Positions 57,109 to 64,000 of a stretch of DNA of 64,000 nucleotides are shown piece after piece. The stretch is from positions 8,547-72,546 of the forward strand of contig JASEGV010000004.1 in assembly GCA_030017895.1 (NCBI GenBank), in the 5' to 3' direction. The first letter of the stretch is position 1; the number at the start of each line of letters is the position of its first letter. The DNA is from Bacteroidota bacterium (GTDB lineage: Bacteria; Bacteroidota; Ignavibacteria; UBA10030; BY39). The translations under genes and the position numbers were made by a program. The notes below the pieces were generated by a model. It did not search any database. It saw only the letters and a list, made by a program, of their open reading frames with translations, and was not told the origin of the DNA.

Positions 57109-57756
57109 TTACTTCACTTGCTCAATCCAATAACCTGCTTCCAAAGCATCTGCGAGTTTGGCTGCTGCTTTCATTGCATCCTGTTTTGTTTCATACCGCC
57201 CGACACTTACACGATACCATTTATCTTTTTCTGTTATCATTGCTTCGTACCCGGCATCAGTCCAACGCTTTACATTTTTTTCTGCATTCGATTTTTCTCT
57301 GAACGAAGCAACCACGATCGAATAACTTCCACTCCCTGTTTCTTTGTGTACTTTTTGTTCAGCTTCTTTTTTTACAGGTTGTTTTGCAGGTTCGGGTGTG
57401 GGTACCGGTTGCTTAGTAACAGGTGCTTCAATTTTGGGGACTGATTCCGCTTTAGTTTGCTGGGTCGTTTCTTCTTCTATAGTATCGGTCGGTGAGAGTT
57501 CTGTCGCCGGTTCGGTTATCTCTTCTTGTTGTTCAGGAATTACAATTACCTTCGTTGGTTTTTCGCCCCATAAATGTATATAACCATACTGGTTAAGTGC
57601 GTAGATAACAACACCCACTAAAATAATGAGACTAAAAATAACCATAATTGGAAGCATTTTTGAACCTCCGCCCGCCATTGCTTGTCGCTTAAATGGCGAT
57701 AATGGTTGCTGACGCATATTACGTTTTTGTTCTTCCGGGATATTTAAATTTGGCAT
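57109..57756 (-). CDS. Membrane-anchored SPOR domain protein
   Basis: One TM segment (MLPIMVIFSLIILVGVVIYAL), a P/E/T/K-rich linker, and a C-terminal SPOR fold (YSIVVASFREKSNAEKN...YRVSVGRYETKQDA). Confidence 0.7.
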   Translation of the reverse strand: MPNLNIPEEQKRNMRQQPLSPFKRQAMAGGGSKMLPIMVIFSLIILVGVVIYALNQYGYIHLWGEKPTKVIVIPEQQEEITEPATELSPTDTIEEETTQQTKAESVPKIEAPVTKQPVPTPEPAKQPVKKEAEQKVHKETGSGSYSIVVASFREKSNAEKNVKRWTDAGYEAMITEKDKWYRVSVGRYETKQDAMKAAAKLADALEAGYWIEQVK

Positions 57757-57822
57757 TTTGCACCTTCAATATTGTTATTAATTTCATTTCAATGTAATAA
57801 AATAATTTATAAAATGGTAATA

Positions 57823-57948
57823 TTAGTTTTGAAAAGGTTGAGTTTTTGCTAAATTCATCAGCGGATTTTTAAATTTGCTTACAATAACGTCGAACGCTTC
57901 AGGGTTTCCATCCTGGAATAAGGCGATTAGTTCTTCGTCCGACACCAT
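57823..57948 (-). pseudogene. 41-codon ORF resembling the N-terminus (region 2 start) of an ECF sigma factor
   Basis: My translation is MVSDEELIALFQDGNPEAFDVIVSKFKNPLMNLAKTQPFQN-stop. The ELI..FQ.GN.EAF..IV.K....L.N pattern is typical of sigma-24 N-termini, and only 66 nt remain before the next gene. Confidence 0.35.
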
Positions 57949-57967
57949 TGAAAAGTTCCCGAAATCA

Positions 57968-58990
57968 TCAGTCTCGTTTTCCGATGATATTATAAATCAA
58001 CAAAGTCATTGCGAGCTTCTCGTCGATGGAAGATGATTTCAACGATTCGTCAGTTTCAACAAGTGTAACAAACGCCTGCTCGATATTGGCAATCGAGTAA
58101 TTCCTCGCAGCATTAAGGTACTCTTTTACAAAGAACTGATTAATCTTCAAGCGGCTCACGATGTCGAATTCACTTTTTAAATCTGAACCTCTGATAATCC
58201 AAAGCTTCTGAAAATACTTGCAAAGCATTACGATAGTTCCGAGTGCCGATTCTCCGTTGTTAAGCATGTTCTCAATTATAGTAACCGATTTGGAAATATC
58301 CTTTTCGCCGATAGCTTTTTGCAGCGAGAAAACATTAAACGCTTTCGAAACTCCCACTACCGAATTAACATCATCTTCATCTATCATCTTTTTTGAATCT
58401 ACATAAATCGTAAGCTTCTCCAATTCATTGTGTATCTCGCGCATCGAATTGCCTGTGCATTCGGCAATCAATTGTGCAGCTTCGTCGGTTATTTTCTTCC
58501 CAAAATTTTTAATATGGTTTTTGATCCATCCAGCAATTTGATTATCGTACAACGGTTTAAATTCGACAACCATCCCTTTACTTTTAATTGATTTTGCAAT
58601 CGTAGTGCGGTTATCTAATTTTGAGCCAACCATCAGGAGTATTGTAGATTCCGAAGGATTTTCGAGATAACGCCCGAGTAAAGTTTTGTTATTTTCACTT
58701 GTCAAAAGCTTATTGAACTCTTTAACAACCACTACTCTTTTTTCGGAAATCATCGGATAAGCTGAAGCAATGCCAAGTAAATTTTTTACTTCAATATTAT
58801 TTCCATCCACAACATCGACATTGAAACCTTTAACCGATTCGTCAACACTCTCTCGGATAATTTGTTTTATAAATTGGTCGATCAAGAAATCCTCATCACC
58901 AAAAAAGTAATAAAGTGAGAAATATTTTTTTTGACTGATAGAAGCTTCCAGATCCTGTATTGAAGCTGTGTCCGATTTATCTTTAGCCAT
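57968..58990 (-). CDS. holA: DNA polymerase III subunit delta
   Basis: 340 aa. N-terminal ..YYFFGDEDFLIDQ.. and the overall clamp-loader delta architecture. Confidence 0.8.
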   Translation of the reverse strand: MAKDKSDTASIQDLEASISQKKYFSLYYFFGDEDFLIDQFIKQIIRESVDESVKGFNVDVVDGNNIEVKNLLGIASAYPMISEKRVVVVKEFNKLLTSENNKTLLGRYLENPSESTILLMVGSKLDNRTTIAKSIKSKGMVVEFKPLYDNQIAGWIKNHIKNFGKKITDEAAQLIAECTGNSMREIHNELEKLTIYVDSKKMIDEDDVNSVVGVSKAFNVFSLQKAIGEKDISKSVTIIENMLNNGESALGTIVMLCKYFQKLWIIRGSDLKSEFDIVSRLKINQFFVKEYLNAARNYSIANIEQAFVTLVETDESLKSSSIDEKLAMTLLIYNIIGKRD

Positions 58991-60368
58991 TATTTCTACT
59001 TTTTAAATAAAAATAAGCAGGGATTCCGGCAATTATAATCGCCAGCCCTAAACCTGAATTTCGTAAATCACCGATAAAAATAAATACGATAAAAAAGAGA
59101 GCTCCCAGCACATAGAGCGCCGGAACAACAGGATAGCTCCACGTTTTGTAGGGACGGTTTAAACCGGGTAATTTTTTCCGCAAGACGAACAATCCCACAA
59201 TCGTAAGCACACCAAAAAGGAGCGATGCAAAAGCGGTATAAGTGAGCAGGTCGCTGTATGTTCCCGTTAAAGTAAGCAAACAAGCCCAGACACATTGATA
59301 AACAAGCGAAACTGCCGGTGTTTTAAATTTTGTATGAACTGTTTTTACTTTTTCAAAAAACAATTTGTCGTTAGCCATTGCGTAATAAACACGCGGACCT
59401 GCGAGTATCAACCCGTTGTTACAACCGAAAGTAGAAATTAAAATTGCAGCAGTAATAAAAACTAATCCGGCGGGACCAAAAACTATTTGAGCAACTTCGG
59501 CTGCAATTCGGTTATCGGCAACTGTTGCCATTTGCTCAACCGGAACGATATAAATATAAGCCATTGTGGTGAGTGTATAGATTATTGCTGTCGCTGCAGT
59601 TCCAATGACCAAAGCACGCGGGAGATTTTTTTCAGGGTGTTTGATTTCTTCGGCTGTGAATGTAACGGAGTTCCACGCATCGTAAGCAAATAGCGCCTTC
59701 GACATTGCCACGGCGATTGCTGCAAAGAGACTTAATCCGAGAGCTTCAGGAATGATTGGAGTTAACACCGGTGTAAAATTAGAAAGCGAACCATTACCGA
59801 CTATAAAACTTACACCAATCAGCGAAGCAAGTGCAGCTACTTTCGAGACTGTGAAAATATTTTGAACCGCTGCCCCTAACTTAACACCAAAAATATTTAT
59901 AACCGAGAGCAATACAATACTGATAATAGCAATAATTTGTGCTGAATTAATCGTAAAATTTTGGAATGAAAAAACGACGTTGCTTTCTGATAACGAAGGA
60001 ATGAAAACACCTAAATACTTTGCGAAGGCAACCGCAACGGCTGCAATAAATCCGGTTTGAATTACAAGAAATAACGTCCAACCATAAAGAAATCCCCACA
60101 ACGGACTGTATGCTTCGCGAAGGAAAACGTATTGACCGCCGGTGCGCGGCATCGCAGCAGCAAGTTCGGCATAACTCAAACTCCCAAAAACAGTGAGCAA
60201 ACCGCCTACTACCCAAATCAAAATAATTAAGCCGGGCGTTTGAACATACCCGGCTATCAAAGATGGAGCTATAAAAATTCCCGAACCAATCATTGAACCT
60301 ACGACTAACATCGTAGCGTCGAATAAATTCAGCCCGCGCTTTAATTCCGATTTTTCGGGAGATAACAT
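58983..60368 (-). CDS. APC superfamily amino acid permease
   Basis: 12 TM segments. N-terminal LKRGLNLFDATMLVVGSMIGSGIF is typical of APC transporters. Confidence 0.85.
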   Translation of the reverse strand: MLSPEKSELKRGLNLFDATMLVVGSMIGSGIFIAPSLIAGYVQTPGLIILIWVVGGLLTVFGSLSYAELAAAMPRTGGQYVFLREAYSPLWGFLYGWTLFLVIQTGFIAAVAVAFAKYLGVFIPSLSESNVVFSFQNFTINSAQIIAIISIVLLSVINIFGVKLGAAVQNIFTVSKVAALASLIGVSFIVGNGSLSNFTPVLTPIIPEALGLSLFAAIAVAMSKALFAYDAWNSVTFTAEEIKHPEKNLPRALVIGTAATAIIYTLTTMAYIYIVPVEQMATVADNRIAAEVAQIVFGPAGLVFITAAILISTFGCNNGLILAGPRVYYAMANDKLFFEKVKTVHTKFKTPAVSLVYQCVWACLLTLTGTYSDLLTYTAFASLLFGVLTIVGLFVLRKKLPGLNRPYKTWSYPVVPALYVLGALFFIVFIFIGDLRNSGLGLAIIIAGIPAYFYLKSRNNG

Positions 60369-60379
60369 CTATGAATTAT

Positions 60380-60988
60380 TTATTTTTTCTTTTCGGTTTC
60401 TTTTGGTTCTTCGCCTTTAACGAAAACTTTTTTCATTACTACATCTTTTTCAGGTTTATCGGAAGGTTTTATTGTTTTAACTTTACCTATTGCTTTTACA
60501 ACATCCAAACCACTTATCACTTTTCCAAAAACGGTATGCTTTCCGTCAAGGTGTGGTGTTGGAACCAATGTAATAAAAAATTGGCTGCCGTTTGTATTTG
60601 GACCTGCATTCGCCATCGAGAGAATTCCGGCACCATCGTGCTTGAGTTTCGGGTTGAACTCGTCTTCAAATTTTTTACCCCAGATACTTTCGCCGCCGCG
60701 GCCTGTTCCTGTCGGGTCGCCACCTTGAATCATAAAGTTATCTATCACGCGGTGAAATATTATTCCGTTGTAATATCCCTTCCGGGCAAGTCCGATAAAA
60801 TTTTCGACTGTCTTTGGGGTTTCTTTAACAAACATTTCGATTTCGATTGTACCCATAGTCGTTTCCATAACAACTACAGGATTTGATGCCGGTTTTTGTT
60901 CCATAGCTTTTCCCTTCTTAGTTTTTTCTTGTCCAAATCCGATTGTTAAAATTAATAATGAGATTAGAACATGAGTTAATGATTTCAT
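60380..60988 (-). CDS. Cyclophilin-type peptidyl-prolyl cis-trans isomerase (secreted)
   Basis: [27 protein letters not shown] and ..[17 protein letters not shown].., with a signal peptide. Confidence 0.95.
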   Translation of the reverse strand: MKSLTHVLISLLILTIGFGQEKTKKGKAMEQKPASNPVVVMETTMGTIEIEMFVKETPKTVENFIGLARKGYYNGIIFHRVIDNFMIQGGDPTGTGRGGESIWGKKFEDEFNPKLKHDGAGILSMANAGPNTNGSQFFITLVPTPHLDGKHTVFGKVISGLDVVKAIGKVKTIKPSDKPEKDVVMKKVFVKGEEPKETEKKK

Positions 60989-61020
60989 AATTATCCTTTC
61001 TTAATTTGATAATAAATTAT

Positions 61021-61839
61021 TTATCCTATAAATAAAATACCTAATATTCCAACAATAAAACAATAATACGAGAACCAACTGAATCTTTTCTTTTTTAATA
61101 AACCGAGAACAACTCTGATTGAAGCATATCCCGAAATTGCCGCAATAACAGTTCCAACAAAATATATCAGCAATTGTTGGTGACTGATTGATGATTGCAT
61201 AACTTCGTTGGCTTTGAGAATTGAAGCGCCAAAAATTACAGGAAGAGACATTAAAAAAGAAAATTTTGCAGCATTCTCACGTGAAATACCAGCAAATAAA
61301 GCACTGCTGATAGTTATACCGGAACGCGAAATACCGGGAATGATTGCAATAGCTTGGGCAATTCCGATGATTATTGCCGAAACGAAACCTACTGAAGAAC
61401 CTTCTTTTGGATTCGAAAATTTTGTTAAAAATAAAATCAACCCTGTAAGTAGCAGCATTACCGAGACAAATTTGGGATCATTGAATAAAACCCCAATTTC
61501 ATTTTCAAACATTATTCCGACGATAGCTGCCGGTATTGAGCCGATTACAATAAAGATTGCTATTTTAAAATGTTCATTAGTTTTAAAAAGTAATTTCAAT
61601 TTTGTTGGATTCTTAACAAACTCGAAAATAGAAAGAAATAATAATTTGATATCTTTCCAAAACATAAAAACAACACTTAATAAAGTCCCGAAATGAACAA
61701 AAACCTCAAAGGTAATATCACTTTGATGAACGATATTTAAAAGTTCTTGACCCAAAACAAGATGGCCCGAACTACTAATAGGAAGGAATTCTGTAAGCCC
61801 TTGAATTATTCCTAACAAAACTGCATCTAATAAACTCAA
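61021..61839 (-). CDS. uppP: Undecaprenyl-diphosphate phosphatase
   Basis: GIIQGLTEFLPISSSGHL and ...IPGISRSGITIS are BacA/UppP signature motifs. TTG start. Confidence 0.9.
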   Translation of the reverse strand: MSLLDAVLLGIIQGLTEFLPISSSGHLVLGQELLNIVHQSDITFEVFVHFGTLLSVVFMFWKDIKLLFLSIFEFVKNPTKLKLLFKTNEHFKIAIFIVIGSIPAAIVGIMFENEIGVLFNDPKFVSVMLLLTGLILFLTKFSNPKEGSSVGFVSAIIIGIAQAIAIIPGISRSGITISSALFAGISRENAAKFSFLMSLPVIFGASILKANEVMQSSISHQQLLIYFVGTVIAAISGYASIRVVLGLLKKKRFSWFSYYCFIVGILGILFIG

Positions 61840-61862
61840 GTAATCTCCGATATGTTGAACTT

Positions 61863-61968
61863 GTTGCCGAATTGTCTTTGCCAGCGTAGCGAAGCCTGCC
61901 GAAGCAAAGCGGCGGTCAGACTTCGCCGCTACGTATCTCGCAATGACTCTTTTCTGGTATTTGGCAAC
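61863..61968. repeat. Palindromic REP/MITE-like element, copy B
   Basis: Arms GTTGCCGAAT (61863-61872) / ATTTGGCAAC (61959-61968), with inner CGTAGCGAAG / CTTCGCCGCTACG pairing. It shares the 12-mer AATGACTCTTTT (61942-61953) with copy A (52511-52522). Confidence 0.6.
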
Positions 61969-61994
61969 ACGCTCATTGTTAATTGTCGTTAAAC

Positions 61995-63029
61995 TTAACT
62001 GTTTGAATTCTGTTCAAGTTTTTCCTTCATGATCTCAGAAACTCTGAGTCGATCCTTCAAAAAATAAACTATCCCCAATAAAGTAATACCGATAAATCCG
62101 ACAGCGTGAGTAACAGTAGCATAGCTCGCTGCGACAGTATATTCTACTCCATAGAGTTTCGTCAGTGTTTGGATAGTAAAATAATGGTAAGGACCGATTG
62201 CTCCAGGTGTCGGGATAAGAATACCGATACTTGAAATCGCCTGCACAACCAATGCTGCTGCTAAATCGAGATTATTGTTTTCGATTAACCTGAAAGCATT
62301 AAAAACAACATACATCATCAGGATATAAAGTCCCCACACAAGAATACTTGTAACAAAAATAACAAAATAATTTTTCCGTTCTTTAAAGAATAAAAATCCA
62401 TCCAAGAACGAATGTACAATATGATCGACTAATTTGGCTTTCTTTTCGGAGAGGCGGCGGGTTAGAAATTGTAAAATACGCATCACGATATCACGCCGAA
62501 TCATTAGAAAAATGAAAACACCGAGGAATAAAAAACTTGCACCAGTGAGCCACATACCGGTTTTTTCAAGCCATGGGAAAGTTTCTGTTAACGGTCCCGA
62601 GTAAACAGCAGGTATCAAAGCAATCAAGAAGAGAAAAGAAATGATATCAAAAATTCTCTCGACTACAACAGTGGCAAAAGCCGCACTACGCGATATATTT
62701 TCTGATTTACTGATTGCGTAGGGACGCACAAGTTCGCCAGCACGCGGAAGAATGTTGTTCATCATATAACCGATTATCAGCGACGAAAACAGATTTTGGA
62801 ACTTCATATTTTTTTTAACAGGAGCGAGCAGATAGCGCCAGCGCCAGGCACGAATCGCATGACTTAATAAAAGAATCGGAAACATCGCAAGTGCCCACCA
62901 GTAATTTGCACCTAATAGAATTTCGTAGAGTTTTCCAAAATCGGTTCCACGAAATGCAAAATATAGAAATCCGAATGTAAAAATTATACTCAGCGAATAT
63001 TTTATAAACGATTTAAACTTGGAATTCAT
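61995..63029 (-). CDS. UPF0104 / lysylphosphatidylglycerol-synthase-TM-region-like flippase family membrane protein
   Basis: 8 TM segments. The segment ..LSHAIRAWRWRYLL...GYMMNNILPRAGELVRPY is typical of TIGR00374-type proteins. Confidence 0.65.
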   Translation of the reverse strand: MNSKFKSFIKYSLSIIFTFGFLYFAFRGTDFGKLYEILLGANYWWALAMFPILLLSHAIRAWRWRYLLAPVKKNMKFQNLFSSLIIGYMMNNILPRAGELVRPYAISKSENISRSAAFATVVVERIFDIISFLFLIALIPAVYSGPLTETFPWLEKTGMWLTGASFLFLGVFIFLMIRRDIVMRILQFLTRRLSEKKAKLVDHIVHSFLDGFLFFKERKNYFVIFVTSILVWGLYILMMYVVFNAFRLIENNNLDLAAALVVQAISSIGILIPTPGAIGPYHYFTIQTLTKLYGVEYTVAASYATVTHAVGFIGITLLGIVYFLKDRLRVSEIMKEKLEQNSNS

Positions 63030-63037
63030 CGGGCTGA

Positions 63038-63673
63038 TCAGCGGAGGTCGATTGTTTCAACATTTTTCGGTACATCGAATTTAAACTCGTTATCCGGTAT
63101 ATTTGTGTTTATTTTGATGCTGTTCACTATGTATTTAGTAAAGTTATCGCTTACATCTGTAATTTCAATCTGCCGCATTAAGTTAGTATCCAAATCGATC
63201 CATACTTTCATCGTTTTGGTTAACGACTTTTCGTCCTTCGGTGTGAGTTTTATAATTGCATTTTTCTTGCCGAATAAAATTTCTTCACCGAGAAGAACTG
63301 TATTATAATTTTTAGGAACATTAACGAGTACACGGTCGGGAGAAAACGATTTCGGGTCTTCTTTGTAATTGTTGACCATTACTTGATTGTTAATATGGTA
63401 ATACGACCACACAGTTTTTCCATCTGTTACAATCGTTTGTTGTTCAAGCTCTATTCTGTACTTATTCCCCTTTTTCATTTTCAAAGTACCTTCGAAGTTC
63501 TGCTCCATTTTTGATACACCAAAAATAACATTTTGTGTAAAGGCTGCTGTTAAGTCTTTAATTGATTCATATTTTTTTTCTACCTTCTTCAGGATTTTAC
63601 TTGCGTCTTGAGCGTCCATAGATAGATGCAAGACTAAAACAGCTGAGAAGATCAGATATAGTTTTTTCTTCAT
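63038..63673 (-). CDS. lolA: Outer-membrane lipoprotein carrier protein LolA-like
   Basis: Signal peptide. ..IKDLTAAFTQ.. and ..KGNKYRIEL..DGKTVW.Y are LolA-family hallmarks. Confidence 0.7.
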   Translation of the reverse strand: MKKKLYLIFSAVLVLHLSMDAQDASKILKKVEKKYESIKDLTAAFTQNVIFGVSKMEQNFEGTLKMKKGNKYRIELEQQTIVTDGKTVWSYYHINNQVMVNNYKEDPKSFSPDRVLVNVPKNYNTVLLGEEILFGKKNAIIKLTPKDEKSLTKTMKVWIDLDTNLMRQIEITDVSDNFTKYIVNSIKINTNIPDNEFKFDVPKNVETIDLR

Positions 63674-64000
63674 TCCGTGTTCCTCAGGATTTCTCTCAAA
63701 GTTTCTTCGGTTTCGATTAATACTTGACGGGCTTTGCTGCCGTCGTATGGTCCGACAATACCTGCGGCTTCTAATTCGTCAACAATACGGGCGGCGCGTG
63801 AGTATCCCACTTTTTGCCGTCGTTGAATCAAAGAAACAGAAGCTTGTTGATGACGAACAACTAAGTGAGCAGCTTCTTCAAAAAGTTCGTCTCTTTCCGA
63901 AGCTCTGCCACTGTATCCGTTTTTCCGCTTCTCTAAAACAGAGGGAAGCTTAAACAGGCGGGTATATCCTTTTTGCTTTGCTATATGATTCATTATTGCT
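63670..64000 (-). CDS. ftsK: DNA translocase FtsK, C-terminal part only (gene continues past the window edge)
   Basis: Gamma winged-helix domain: LFEEAAHLVVRHQQASVSLIQRRQKVGYSRAARIVDELEAAGIVGPYDGSKARQVL. The reading frame is open to position 64000. Confidence 0.85.
   Translation of the reverse strand, partial: AIMNHIAKQKGYTRLFKLPSVLEKRKNGYSGRASERDELFEEAAHLVVRHQQASVSLIQRRQKVGYSRAARIVDELEAAGIVGPYDGSKARQVLIETEETLREILRNTE

Overview
This is a low-GC, densely coding chromosomal window from a diderm bacterium. It fits the FCB group, and an Ignavibacteria/Bacteroidota-like lineage is most consistent with what I see: two proteins carry T9SS type-A C-terminal sorting domains, two TonB-dependent receptors have CarboxypepD_reg-like N-termini, and BamA, LptE and LolA are present. 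I call about 60 genes.

Layout:
- 0.1-29.9 kb is one long minus-strand housekeeping block: metG, PSP1/RicT, holB, bamA, M23 peptidase, hprK-hpf, Xer recombinase, topA, smg, ybeY, csp, S41 protease, GT2, GH57, a TonB-dependent receptor and lysS.
- 30-45.9 kb is a plus-strand block: larB, cystathionine beta-synthase / CaCA antiporter / cystathionine gamma-lyase, miaB, a SPOR protein, a sensor-less sigma-54 activator, lptE, a processive GT2, a TPR protein, a PAS hybrid kinase, an SRAP peptidase and an S1 protease.
- The remainder is mixed orientation.

Non-coding calls:
- A textbook TPP riboswitch with a terminator expression platform sits in front of a TonB-dependent receptor, and possibly also controls a downstream SSS transporter.
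- Several intrinsic terminators.
- A consensus-like promoter plus a ~200-nt leader for the cold-shock gene.
- Two copies of a palindromic REP/MITE-like element.
- An (ATGT)11 microsatellite.
- A 7-bp x4.7 tandem repeat inside the SSS transporter CDS.

The only clearly accessory patch is 50.2-52.8 kb. It contains two 5'-truncated genes fused head to head, and a tandem pair of small-protein cassettes (both proteins end in WWWHLE). Those cassettes have conserved flanks and a leftover tail fragment of the upstream gene. A lone, GC-richer phage virion-morphogenesis-like gene and a 600-bp non-coding stretch follow. That cassette array is my best candidate for something undescribed: a toxin-tail/immunity-like module.

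I saw no rRNA, tRNA, CRISPR array, intact transposase or recognisable defence system. All protein-family names come from motif recognition by eye, not from database searches.
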